Below, piece after piece: positions 39,623 to 48,879 of a stretch of DNA of 62,305 nucleotides. The translations under genes were made by a program, and so were the position numbers. The stretch is from a bacterium (GTDB lineage Bacteria; Sysuimicrobiota; Sysuimicrobiia; Sysuimicrobiales; Kaftiobacteriaceae). Where the stretch lies: NCBI GenBank assembly GCA_044868695.1, contig JBIOWP010000115.1:1-62305 (forward strand). Reading direction: 5' to 3'. The notes beneath the pieces were generated by a model, which saw nothing but the letters and a program-made list of their open reading frames with translations, ran no database searches and had not been told where the DNA came from. Position 1 is the stretch's first letter, and the number at the start of each line of letters is the position of its first letter.

Positions 39623-40663
39623 TCAGTAGTTAAAGGGCCACAGGTCGAGTTTCCGCTTCAGCTTCTTGAGCAGCATCGCCAGGCCGCCGGGCTCCCACAC
39701 CAGCAGCGCGATGAGGGTGACGCCGAAGAGGATTTCCCGCAGCGGCGTCGCGATCTTCCCAAACGCCGGGAGGATGTCCAGGACCGCCGGTGTGATGATC
39801 TTCAATCCCTGGGAGAGCGTGACCACGAACGCGGCGCCCAGGTGCGGGCCCCAGATGCTGGTCAGTCCCCCGATGACGATCATGGCCACGTAATCGATCG
39901 ATGCCGCGATGTTGAACTGCTCGGTGGTGATCAGCCGAGTATAGTGGGCCCACAGGCTGCCCGCGACACCCGCGTAGCAGGCGGCGATGCCGAAGGCCAG
40001 CGCTTTGTAGTACAGCAGGTTAATCCCCAGCACCTGCGCGGCGTAATCGCGGTCACGCACCGCCATCAGCGCGAGGCCGATCCGGCTGCGGACGAGGTTG
40101 GCTGCACACGCGCCGGCGGCGACCCAGAAGATCAGCAGGACGTAGTAGAATTGCCGTTCGGTTCTGATCACCCACCGGCCGATCGACGCCGGGGGCACTG
40201 AGATCGCCCCGACGCCGCCGGTGGCATGGATGATGGCGTACTCGGTGAGAAACTGGAACGCCAGCGTGGCAATGGCCAGGTAGAGTCCTTTGATACGCAG
40301 GGACGGCAACCCCACGATGACGCCGAACAGGAAGGTGATGGCCGCGGCCAGCGGCAGCCCGGCGGCGAACGGCAGGCGCAGGGTCTGGGTCAGGACCGCC
40401 GTCGAGTAGGCGCCGATGGCCATGAAGGCGGCATGCCCGAGGGAAATTTGCCCGGTGAAACCGGTCAGCAGCGCCAGGCCGCATGCTCCGATCGCCAGGA
40501 TGCCGATCGTGTTGAGCAGGAAGATATACCGTCCGAGCCACACCGGCGCCAGCAGCATGCCGGCGACGAGGACGGCGAACCCTGCGCGCAGGAACACAGT
40601 GTCCAGAATCGCCATGTCCCCGGCGTACGTGGTCTTGAAGTCTCCCGCCGGCCGTACACTCAT
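39623..40663 (-). CDS. ABC permease (LivM-like)
   Basis: GQISLGHAAF, GLYLAIATLA, AVRDRD, IGGL. Confidence 0.93.
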   Translation of the reverse strand: MSVRPAGDFKTTYAGDMAILDTVFLRAGFAVLVAGMLLAPVWLGRYIFLLNTIGILAIGACGLALLTGFTGQISLGHAAFMAIGAYSTAVLTQTLRLPFAAGLPLAAAITFLFGVIVGLPSLRIKGLYLAIATLAFQFLTEYAIIHATGGVGAISVPPASIGRWVIRTERQFYYVLLIFWVAAGACAANLVRSRIGLALMAVRDRDYAAQVLGINLLYYKALAFGIAACYAGVAGSLWAHYTRLITTEQFNIAASIDYVAMIVIGGLTSIWGPHLGAAFVVTLSQGLKIITPAVLDILPAFGKIATPLREILFGVTLIALLVWEPGGLAMLLKKLKRKLDLWPFNY

Positions 40664-41541
40664 AGACGCTCGATGTGCTCGGTCCCGAACAATCCATAGG
40701 GGCGCACGAACAGGACCAGGAGGATCACGACGAAGGCCGTGATGTCCTTGAACCCGTAGATCACGGTGGCATCGATGTACCCGCCGATGATGGTCTCGAT
40801 CACGCCGATCGTCAGGCCTCCGAGGATCGCGCCGGGGATGCTGTCGAGCCCGCCGAGGATTACGGCGGCCAGGGCCTTCAGCCCCACGAAGCCGAGCGCA
40901 AAGTTTACCCCCAGCCACAAGCCCAGCAGGATTCCGCCCACAGCCCCGGCGACGGCCGCGAACGCCCACGCGTAGGCAAACACCCGGCGCAGGCTGACCC
41001 CCAGCGTGCTCGCGGTCAGCTGCTCGTTCGCCGCGGCCCGCATCGCGATCCCGACGAGCGAGTAGCGGAAGAACAGCCAGAAGACCAGCAGCAGAACTGC
41101 GGCGGTGGCGGCGCTGTAGACGCCCACCGTCTGCATGGGGATCCCCGCGATCCTCACGATGCCGGAGGGCACGACCGCGGGGAAGTTCCGCGTACTGCCG
41201 CCCCAGAGGCCCACCATCAGTCCCCGGACCACGTAGCCCAGGGCCAGGGTCACGATGATGACCGATAGGAGTGGCTGCCCGAACAGGGGGCGCATGATGG
41301 CCCGTTCGATCACGAAGCCCAGCGCCGCGGCGGCCACCAGCGTCAGGAGAACCGCCAGCGGGAACGGGACGACCTGGGTCAGCGCGATGGCCGTGTACCC
41401 GCCGAAGAGGACCAGCTCCCCGTGCGCCAGGTTCAGGATCTTCGTGGACTTGTACAGGAGGGCAAAGCCGAGCGCGATCAGCGCGTAGATACTGCCGACG
41501 GCCATCCCGTTGACGAGGCCGCTCAGGAGGAACTCCCTCAC
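40660..41541 (-). CDS. ABC permease (LivH-like)
   Basis: YALIALGF..LNLAHG, GIAMRA, GGLDS, RPYGLFG. Confidence 0.93.
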   Translation of the reverse strand: MREFLLSGLVNGMAVGSIYALIALGFALLYKSTKILNLAHGELVLFGGYTAIALTQVVPFPLAVLLTLVAAAALGFVIERAIMRPLFGQPLLSVIIVTLALGYVVRGLMVGLWGGSTRNFPAVVPSGIVRIAGIPMQTVGVYSAATAAVLLLVFWLFFRYSLVGIAMRAAANEQLTASTLGVSLRRVFAYAWAFAAVAGAVGGILLGLWLGVNFALGFVGLKALAAVILGGLDSIPGAILGGLTIGVIETIIGGYIDATVIYGFKDITAFVVILLVLFVRPYGLFGTEHIERL

Positions 41542-43490
41542 GGCACATCCACGATCCGCACCGCCATCTTCATCTCGCGGGACGTCCCATCTTCATACCG
41601 TACCTGCAGCGTGGCGTCGAAGGTCTGACCGCCCGTGCAGAGGGCGTGGATCAGGTCCCGATAGCGTTCGGTGATGAACCCCCGGCGGAGCTTGCGGGTG
41701 CGGGTGAGCTCGTCGTCGTCGGGGTGAAATTCCTTGTACAACGACACGAAGCGCCTGACCCGCCACTCAGGCCGCAGGCGCTGGTTCACGTCTGCCACGA
41801 TCCCGCGGAGCAGCTCGACCACCTGAGGTTTCTGAGAGAGGTCGGTGTAGGACGTGTAGGGGAGCCCCCGGTCCTCCGCCCACTTGCCGACGCTGCGCAT
41901 CTCGATGTTCAGGATGGCGGCCATCGTCACCCCATCGGGAGCGCACACCACCATGGCCTCCTGCACATACGGCGTGAACTTCAGCATCGCCTCAACGACC
42001 CACGGGCTCATCTTGCTGCCGTCCCGCAGGGTGATCACGTCGGACATGCGGTCGAACATGATGATGTCGCCCGTGGGATCGGCGGTGCCGTAGTCGCCGG
42101 TGTACAGCCAGCCGTCGCGCAGGGCGGTCGCGGTGGCCTCGGGATTCTCATAGTAGCCGGCAAACACGCTGGGGCTCCGGCTGATGATTTCTCCGTCCGG
42201 CGTGATCCGGATCTCGGTGTTCGCGATCGGCGCGCCCATCGTCCAGAAATGCACGTGGCCGCTGCGGTGCACGCACGAGATGCCTGCGATCTCGGTCTGG
42301 CCGTAGATCTGCTTGAGGTTCACGCCCAGCGAGTGAAAGAATTTGAAGTAGTCCGGGCCCAGCGGCGATCCGCCGTTCCACGCCACGCGCATCCGGAGGA
42401 ACCCGATCTTGTCCAGGATGGGGCGGTAGACCAGCCAGTAGGCCAGCCGCCCCAGCGCCCGCGTCCACGCCGGGATCGGGGCCTGCCGCGCCCTGAGATC
42501 GACGATCCGGCCCCCCACCCCCAGGGCCCACTCATACACCCACCGGCGCAGCCGCCCGGCGTCGAGGATCCGCACGCTGACCGCGGTATGCAGGCCTTCG
42601 TAGATCCGCGCGGGCGCGAAGGTGAAGTGCGGGCCGATCTCGCGAAAGTCGCGCTGCGCCGTCTCCGGTTCCTCAGGAAAGTTCACGGTGAACCCGACCA
42701 GCAGGTGCAGCGTAGTGGAGATCATCTGTTCGCCGATCCAGGCGAACGGGAGGTAGGACACGAATTCATCGCTGGGCGCGATGTGCGGCTCTACAGCCCG
42801 GAAGTTGGTGCCCTGGGCCATGAGGTGGCGGTGGGACAGCATCGCCAGCTTGGGGAGCGCGGTCGTGCCCGATGTCTGGCAGAAGATGGCGGTGTCGTCG
42901 GCACGGCCATCGCCGACCAGCCGGTCGAAGAGCCCGGGCTCCGCCGCGTCGCGGTCCTTGCCGAGACGCTGCACGTCACCGAAGCGGATCAGTTTGGGAT
43001 GCTGGTACTGCCACATCCCCCGCCAGTCTTCCACGATGATGTGCTCGACTTTCGGCAGCAGGGACTCCAATTCCAGGACCTTGTCGGCCTGCTCCTGATC
43101 TTCGCAGAACACCACCCGGGCGTCTGAAAAGTCAATGAGCTGCGCCAGCTGACCGGACAGGCTATCCTGGTAGAGTCCGTACGTGATCCCCCCGACGCTC
43201 TGTGCTCCCATGGCTGCGTAGAACAGTTCGGGCCGGTTGTCGCCGATGATCGCGAGCACCTGCCCGCGCGCAAACCCCAGCGCGGTGAGCCCTAGGCCGA
43301 AGGCGCGTGCCTGGGCGGCATACTCGCGCCAGCTGATCGGTCGCCAGACACCCAGCTCTTTCTCCCGGAACGCCACGCGGTCGCCGAACCGTTCGGCATT
43401 CCGGCGAAGGAGCCTGGGAAACGTATCGGCGGTCGGGTCAGAGACGGGCTCCCTGACCACCTGCGCGGGCCGGTCGAGCACCGTGGCCAT
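41538..43490 (-). CDS. Long-chain acyl-CoA synthetase-like AMP-binding enzyme
   Basis: TSGTTALPK, YGQTE, WLYTGD, ELTRTRKLRR. Confidence 0.9.
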   Translation of the reverse strand: MATVLDRPAQVVREPVSDPTADTFPRLLRRNAERFGDRVAFREKELGVWRPISWREYAAQARAFGLGLTALGFARGQVLAIIGDNRPELFYAAMGAQSVGGITYGLYQDSLSGQLAQLIDFSDARVVFCEDQEQADKVLELESLLPKVEHIIVEDWRGMWQYQHPKLIRFGDVQRLGKDRDAAEPGLFDRLVGDGRADDTAIFCQTSGTTALPKLAMLSHRHLMAQGTNFRAVEPHIAPSDEFVSYLPFAWIGEQMISTTLHLLVGFTVNFPEEPETAQRDFREIGPHFTFAPARIYEGLHTAVSVRILDAGRLRRWVYEWALGVGGRIVDLRARQAPIPAWTRALGRLAYWLVYRPILDKIGFLRMRVAWNGGSPLGPDYFKFFHSLGVNLKQIYGQTEIAGISCVHRSGHVHFWTMGAPIANTEIRITPDGEIISRSPSVFAGYYENPEATATALRDGWLYTGDYGTADPTGDIIMFDRMSDVITLRDGSKMSPWVVEAMLKFTPYVQEAMVVCAPDGVTMAAILNIEMRSVGKWAEDRGLPYTSYTDLSQKPQVVELLRGIVADVNQRLRPEWRVRRFVSLYKEFHPDDDELTRTRKLRRGFITERYRDLIHALCTGGQTFDATLQVRYEDGTSREMKMAVRIVDVP

Positions 43491-43493
43491 CGG

Positions 43494-44285
43494 TCAGTGC
43501 GCGGGAGGCGTCGCGGTCTCGCCGATGTAGGCCCGGATGACGTCCGGGTTGCGCTGGACGTCCCGCGGCAGCCCCTCGGCGATCTTCTTGCCGTAGTCCA
43601 TGACAACGATCCGGTCGCAGAGGTCCATGACGACGCCCATGTCGTGCTCGATGAGGATGATCGGCACCGAGCGGACATCTTTCAGCTCGAGGATGTAGCG
43701 GGCCATGTCGGCCTTCTCATCGACGCTCATCCCGGCCATCGGTTCGTCCAGGATCAGGGCCCGCGGCTCAAGCGCAAGGGCGCGTCCCAGCTCCACCTTC
43801 TTCTGGATCCCGTACGGTAGGTCGGCCACCAGATGGTGGCGGACCGCTTCGATTTCGAGGAAGTCGACGATCTCTTCGACGGCGGCGCGGTGTGCGACGT
43901 GCTCGCGCCGCGCCGGGCCCGCGTAGATCCCGCAGGCCAGCACGCTCGCCGTCATCCGGATCACACGGCCGGTCATGATGTTGTTGAGCACGCTCATGCC
44001 CGGGTACAGCGCGATGTTCTGAAATGTGCGGGCAATCCCCATGACCGCCCGCGCGTGGGGGGCGAGGTGTGTGATGTCGCTTCCGCGGAACCGGATGGTG
44101 CCCCGCTGGGGGCGGTAGAAGCCGTTGATGCAGTTGAGGACGCTGGTCTTCCCGGCGCCGTTGGGCCCGATGATCCCGAGGATTTCCCGGCTCCCAAGGT
44201 CAAACGTCACGCCCGCGACGGCCTGAATCCCGTGGAAGCTCAGGTGGAGGTCATCGACGTGCAGCACGGGCTCGGTGCGGGTCAT
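43494..44285 (-). CDS. ABC ATP-binding protein (LivG-like)
   Basis: GPNGAGKTS, ARTFQN, LPYG, DEPMAG, IEHDM. Confidence 0.93.
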   Translation of the reverse strand: MTRTEPVLHVDDLHLSFHGIQAVAGVTFDLGSREILGIIGPNGAGKTSVLNCINGFYRPQRGTIRFRGSDITHLAPHARAVMGIARTFQNIALYPGMSVLNNIMTGRVIRMTASVLACGIYAGPARREHVAHRAAVEEIVDFLEIEAVRHHLVADLPYGIQKKVELGRALALEPRALILDEPMAGMSVDEKADMARYILELKDVRSVPIILIEHDMGVVMDLCDRIVVMDYGKKIAEGLPRDVQRNPDVIRAYIGETATPPAH

Positions 44286-44368
44286 CGCGGACTAAATACG
44301 GGCCGCCGGCGAGGGCTTCCTTCACAGGAGGAGCGCGCGCAGGGGCGGAAGAGGGAGGAACGCGGGGG

Positions 44369-45616
44369 GTGAAGCCGGTCCACGAGGCATACGATCCCGC
44401 CGAACAGCAGCCGCCGTCCCAGCGCGCGCTCGCCCAGGACGCGGCCCTGCGCCGCATCGCGGCGCGAGCGGCGACGGCGTCCCCGGCCGTCCGCGCCGTC
44501 CTGGCCGCCGCCGGGGTGAACCCGGACGCGCTGACGCTGGCAGACCTTCCGCGCCTTCCCGTGCTGAAGAAAGGGTCGCTGCCCCGCGTCCAGGCGGACG
44601 CGCCCCCGTTTGGCGGCTGGCTCGCAAAGCCGCTGGCCGATGTCCGCCGCATGTTCGTGTCGCCCGGCCCCATTTACGAACCAGAAGGACGCACGCCGGA
44701 TTACTGGGGGTTCGCGCCGGCGCTGTTCGCGGCGGGGTTTCGGGCCGGCGATGTGGTCGTGAATACCTTTTCCTATCATCTCACCCCGGCCGGTGCGATG
44801 TTCGACGGCGCCCTGGACGCGCTCGGGTGCGTGACCGTGCCGGGCGGAGTGGGGAACGTGGAGATTCAACTCCGGGCGATCCTGGACGTGCGCGCCCGCG
44901 GGTTCATCGGCACGCCCAGCTTCCTGGCGACGGTGCTGGGCAAGGCCGCCGAACAGTCGGCGGAGACGCCCCTGGAAGTCGCGTGCGTGTCCGGCGAGCC
45001 GCTGCCCCCGTCACTCCGAGACGACCTTGAACGCCGCCGGCGCATGCGCATTAGCCAGGCGTATGCGACCGCAGACCTCGGGCTGATCGCGTTCGAGTGC
45101 CCGGAACGCACCGGACTGCATGTGGCCGAGCGCGTGATCGCGGAGATCGCGGATCCGGTCTCCGGCTCCCGTCTCCCCGACGGGGACACGGGAGAAGTCG
45201 TGGTTACGTTCCTCAGCGACCTGTACCCCCTGCTGCGCCTGGGCACCGGTGACCTCTCGCGCATTGCCCCGGGTGGCTGCCCCTGCGGCAGGACATCCGC
45301 CAGGCTGGAGCGGATCTTCGGCCGGGTGGGGGACGCCGTGAAAGTTCGGGGCGTGTTTCTGTATCCTCACGACATTGAGCGCGCCATCGCACGGCATCCG
45401 GAGGTGACACGGTATCAGGCGGTGATCACCCGGGCCGACCATCAGGACGCGCTGACCGTCCGCGTCGAAGCGCTCGCTCCGGGAGCGCGTTTGACTGCCG
45501 CGGTGGCCGACAGCATCCGGGACACCACGCGGCTCCGGGCCGCCGTCGAGGTGCTGCCGTCCGGCACGATCGGGCCTGAGGCGAAGACGCTGGTCGACCT
45601 GCGGACATGGGACTAA
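44369..45616 (+). CDS. Phenylacetate--CoA ligase (PaaK)-like protein
   Basis: SPGPIYEP, FSYHLTPAG, YATADLG, GTGDLS, KVRG. Confidence 0.85.
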   Translation: MKPVHEAYDPAEQQPPSQRALAQDAALRRIAARAATASPAVRAVLAAAGVNPDALTLADLPRLPVLKKGSLPRVQADAPPFGGWLAKPLADVRRMFVSPGPIYEPEGRTPDYWGFAPALFAAGFRAGDVVVNTFSYHLTPAGAMFDGALDALGCVTVPGGVGNVEIQLRAILDVRARGFIGTPSFLATVLGKAAEQSAETPLEVACVSGEPLPPSLRDDLERRRRMRISQAYATADLGLIAFECPERTGLHVAERVIAEIADPVSGSRLPDGDTGEVVVTFLSDLYPLLRLGTGDLSRIAPGGCPCGRTSARLERIFGRVGDAVKVRGVFLYPHDIERAIARHPEVTRYQAVITRADHQDALTVRVEALAPGARLTAAVADSIRDTTRLRAAVEVLPSGTIGPEAKTLVDLRTWD

Positions 45617-45623
45617 GGGGACG

Positions 45624-45962
45624 ATGAACGACTGTCTGTTCTGCAAGATCGTATCCGGGCAGATTCCCTCGGACCGGGTGTATGAGGACGACCAGGTAAT
45701 CGCCATCCGGGACATCAACCCGCAGGCGCCCGTCCACGTTCTCATCCTGCCGAAGCAGCACATCGCCTCGGTGATGGAGTTGACCGACAGCAGACTCCTG
45801 GGGCGGATGATGGTCGCGGCGGCGCACGTGGCCAGGCAGGCGCGGATTGCGGACCGCGGATTCCGGCTGGTGACCAACACGGGGCCGGAAGGCGGCCAGG
45901 CCGTTCCACATCTGCACCTGCACCTCCTGGGCGGCCGCCAGATGGAGTGGCCCCCTGGGTAG
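45624..45962 (+). CDS. HIT nucleotide-binding protein
   Basis: CLFCKI, HLHLHLLGGR. Confidence 0.95.
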   Translation: MNDCLFCKIVSGQIPSDRVYEDDQVIAIRDINPQAPVHVLILPKQHIASVMELTDSRLLGRMMVAAAHVARQARIADRGFRLVTNTGPEGGQAVPHLHLHLLGGRQMEWPPG

Positions 45963-45978
45963 GCGAAAAACGGCGCCT

Positions 45979-46008
45979 TTGAACGCTTTCCCGGTTCTGT
46001 TGTATAAT
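45979..46008 (+). promoter_or_regulatory. Sigma70 promoter of rpsU
   Basis: TTGAAC-18 nt-TATAAT. Confidence 0.65.
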
Positions 46009-46090
46009 GACACAGGTTTGGTCCATCCGATCCGCGGCTGGATGTCTTGGCGGGTGTCCGGGTCCGGATGGCCGGAGAGGGGGTGGGGGG

Positions 46091-46264
46091 ATGACGGAGG
46101 TCCGCGTCGGCAAGGATGAGAGTCTGGATAGCGCGCTGCGGAGGTTCAAGCGGCAGGTAAAACGATCGGGGATTCTTACTGACGCCAAGCGGCACGAGCA
46201 CTACGAGTCGCCCAGCGCCAAACGGCGCAGAAAGCTGGCACGCCGGAGGCGGCGCGGGTTGTAA
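46091..46264 (+). CDS. rpsU: 30S ribosomal protein S21
   Basis: [21 protein letters not shown]...[12 protein letters not shown]. Confidence 0.97.
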   Translation: MTEVRVGKDESLDSALRRFKRQVKRSGILTDAKRHEHYESPSAKRRRKLARRRRRGL

Positions 46265-46341
46265 GGACGAGCGTGGCAGGAGGGCGGTCCAGTGAGAAGG
46301 GGGACGGCAGTCCCCCTTCTGTGATTCTTCACGGGTGACGC

Positions 46342-46800
46342 ATGACGATGACGCTCGCAGACCGGCTGGCAGCAGACTTGCGCAAGGCGATGGTGGCGGG
46401 AGACGCCCTCCGCGTCTCCACCATCCGCCTGGTCCGCGCGGCGATGCAAAACGCAGCGATCGAACGCGGCCGTGAGCTCAGCGACGAGGAGATCATCGGG
46501 GTGCTGGGGCGCGAGATGAAACGGCGCCGCGAGGCGATCGAGGCGTTCGAGAAGGGCGGGCGGGAGGACCTTGTCCGTAAGGAGACCCTCGAGCTGGCCA
46601 TCCTGACCGAGTACGTTCCCGCTCCCCTGTCCCCCGACGAACTCCGCGCCATCGTTTCCGAGGCCGTGGCGCAGGCGAACGCGAAAGATGTCCGCGACAT
46701 GGGGCGGGTCATGGCCCTGGTGATGCCGAAGGTGAGAGGGCGGGCCGACGGCAGCGCGGTGAACCAGATGGTGCGCGCGCTGCTGTCCACGACGCGTTGA
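46342..46800 (+). CDS. GatB/YqeY domain protein
   Basis: KRRREAIEAF..GGREDL, DMGRVM, GRADG. Confidence 0.93.
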   Translation: MTMTLADRLAADLRKAMVAGDALRVSTIRLVRAAMQNAAIERGRELSDEEIIGVLGREMKRRREAIEAFEKGGREDLVRKETLELAILTEYVPAPLSPDELRAIVSEAVAQANAKDVRDMGRVMALVMPKVRGRADGSAVNQMVRALLSTTR

Positions 46801-46804
46801 ATAG

Positions 46805-47308
46805 ATGAAAGGTCAATTCGGGAAGACGCGAAAGCCGGTGAAGCGCGCGCAGAGCGCCGGCGGAGTGGTGTTCCGTCTCGACGGACCCGGCGAGCCCCAG
46901 GTCCTGCTCCTTCGGCACACCAGCGGCAAGTGGATGCTGCCCAAAGGAACGATTGAGGAAGGCGAAACCCCGGAGGCCGTCGCCCTGCGCGAGGTCCGTG
47001 AGGAAACGGGCATCTCCAACGTCCGCGTCGTCGCAGATCTTGGAGAGGAACGCTATTACTTCTTCTGGCGGTCCGAGGACACATACTACGACAAGACCGT
47101 CCGGTATTTTTTGCTCGAGTTCCTGGGTGGCGAAGAGGCGCGTCCCCAGGCGGAGGAGGGGTTTGTGGCCTGCGAGTGGGTGCCGCTGGATGAGGCCATG
47201 GACCGCATCAAGTATAAGGAAACGCGCGAGGTCGTCCGCCGGGCCAGGGACGCGCTGACCCAGCCCGGTTTCGCGGCCTCCTCGGTGTCAGGACGCAAGC
47301 CGGAGTGA
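46805..47308 (+). CDS. NUDIX hydrolase
   Basis: LPKGTIEEGETPEAVALREVREETG Nudix box. Confidence 0.93.
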   Translation: MKGQFGKTRKPVKRAQSAGGVVFRLDGPGEPQVLLLRHTSGKWMLPKGTIEEGETPEAVALREVREETGISNVRVVADLGEERYYFFWRSEDTYYDKTVRYFLLEFLGGEEARPQAEEGFVACEWVPLDEAMDRIKYKETREVVRRARDALTQPGFAASSVSGRKPE

Positions 47309-47311
47309 CCG

Positions 47312-48598
47312 ATGCTGCCTGAGGATCCCGACCGGCTGGCCCGCGCGACACTCGACAAGTACACCCGGTACGTTAACGCCGGGCTCGCCAAGCTGTACCG
47401 CTTCGCCAACATCATGACCGTGGAATGGGACGCGAGCGGCGCCGTCATCCGCGACGCACACGGGAAGGAGTACATCGACTGTTCCGGCGGACCGGCGGTG
47501 TTCAACGTCGGCCACCGGCACCCGAAAGTGGTCGCCGCGGTCAAGGCGCAGCTCGACCGCATGCCGATGTCGGTGCGCGCGATGCCGCGCGGTCCCGAGG
47601 CCGATCTCGCCGAACTGCTGGCGCAGATTACGCCCGGCGACCTGCAGTACACTTTCTTTGCCAATAGCGGCGCGGAGGCCAACGAGGGAGCGCTCAAGCT
47701 CGCGCGTCTGGCCACCGGCCGGCCGCACATCGTGGCCGCCGAGGGAGCGTTCCACGGCAAGACGATGGGCGCGCTCTCAGCGTCCGGACGCGAGACGTAC
47801 AAGACCCCGTTCCAGCCCCTGGTGCCGGGGTTCACGCACGTGCCGTTTGGCGACCTGACGGCGCTGGCCCGCGCCGTCACCGACCAGACCGCCGCGGTGA
47901 TCCTGGAGCCCATCCAGGGAGAAAACGGCGTCATCATCCCTCCGGATGACTATCTGCCGGGCGTGCGGGATCTGTGCACGCGCCACGGCGCGCTGCTAAT
48001 CCTGGATGAGGTGCAGACCGGACTGGGCCGGACGGGAAAGATGTTTGCCTGTGAGCACTGGAGCGTGGTGCCCGACGTCTTGACGATGGCCAAGGCGTTG
48101 GGGGGCGGCATCGTGCCGATCGGCGCGCTGACCGGCCGCCCGGCGCTGTGGAAGGCGCTGGAGCGCAACCCCTACCTCCACTCGTCGACGTTCGGTGGCA
48201 ATCCTCTCGCGTGCGCGGCGGGGATCGCCACGATCCGCGTGATCCAGGAGGAACGCCTGGTCGAACGGGCCGCCGACCTCGGCGTCTATCTGCTCGCCCG
48301 CCTGCAGGACGTGGCCCGCGCGCATCCGGGCGTGGTCAAGCAGGTCAGGGGCAAGGGGCTGCTGGTCGGCGTGGAGTTTGCCGACCCCGACATCGTGTTG
48401 CTGGTCACGGCGGAGGCGCTCCAACGGGGCGTCATCGTCTTCTACAGCCTCAACAACCCATCGACCTTCCGCATCGCCCCTCCGCTCGTCATCACGAAGG
48501 CGCAGCTCGACCATGCGGTCAGCGCGCTGGAGGAGGCCATTGGCGCCGCCGAGGGGATGCTGGCCGAGATGACGCGGGAGGCACCCGCTTCCCCGTAG
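47312..48598 (+). CDS. Class III aminotransferase (putrescine/acetylornithine type)
   Basis: [39 protein letters not shown]. Confidence 0.9.
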   Translation: MLPEDPDRLARATLDKYTRYVNAGLAKLYRFANIMTVEWDASGAVIRDAHGKEYIDCSGGPAVFNVGHRHPKVVAAVKAQLDRMPMSVRAMPRGPEADLAELLAQITPGDLQYTFFANSGAEANEGALKLARLATGRPHIVAAEGAFHGKTMGALSASGRETYKTPFQPLVPGFTHVPFGDLTALARAVTDQTAAVILEPIQGENGVIIPPDDYLPGVRDLCTRHGALLILDEVQTGLGRTGKMFACEHWSVVPDVLTMAKALGGGIVPIGALTGRPALWKALERNPYLHSSTFGGNPLACAAGIATIRVIQEERLVERAADLGVYLLARLQDVARAHPGVVKQVRGKGLLVGVEFADPDIVLLVTAEALQRGVIVFYSLNNPSTFRIAPPLVITKAQLDHAVSALEEAIGAAEGMLAEMTREAPASP

Positions 48599-48611
48599 GG
48601 CTCAGCCTTAT

Positions 48612-48640
48612 TTGACAGCGGCAGGAGGATGATCTTAAAT
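48612..48640 (+). promoter_or_regulatory. Probable sigma70 promoter of the alaS leader
   Basis: TTGACA-17 nt-TTAAAT. Confidence 0.55.
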
Positions 48641-48662
48641 AGGGACAACGCGAATAACTGGC

Positions 48663-48869
48663 CTGCGTTGACGGGACTCGCCACCCCGGAGCAGCCCGGC
48701 GCCACCGTTACCGGCACACAAGAGCCCCAGCGAACTGCCGTTGGAACGTTGGACGGTTGGATCCAACTTTTCAACTCTCCAACGCTCTAACGTGCAGTTA
48801 GAGTGGGGAACAAGGGTGGTACCGCGGGAGCGCACCTCTCGTCCCTACCGACGAGGGGTGCATATTTTT
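48663..48869 (+). promoter_or_regulatory. Alanine T-box riboswitch with ultrashort Stem I and intrinsic terminator
   Basis: GCGTTGA-CGGG-ACTC(GCC)AC-CCCG-GAGC; CCGTTA element; AAGGG-TGGTACC-GCG (48817-48823); terminator GCACCTCTCGTC/GACGAGGGGTGC plus ATATTTTT. Confidence 0.85.
48739..48792. repeat. 8-mer repeat hairpin inside T-box Stem III
   Basis: cgttggaa cgttggac ggttggat ccaac ttttcaac tctccaac gctctaacg. Confidence 0.8.
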
Positions 48870-48879
48870 GAGGTGACGC

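Noticed and set aside
48677-48679. CUC (Leu) as the specifier of the alaS T-box
   Set aside because: GCC followed by A sits at the expected 3' side of the loop and matches the downstream gene.
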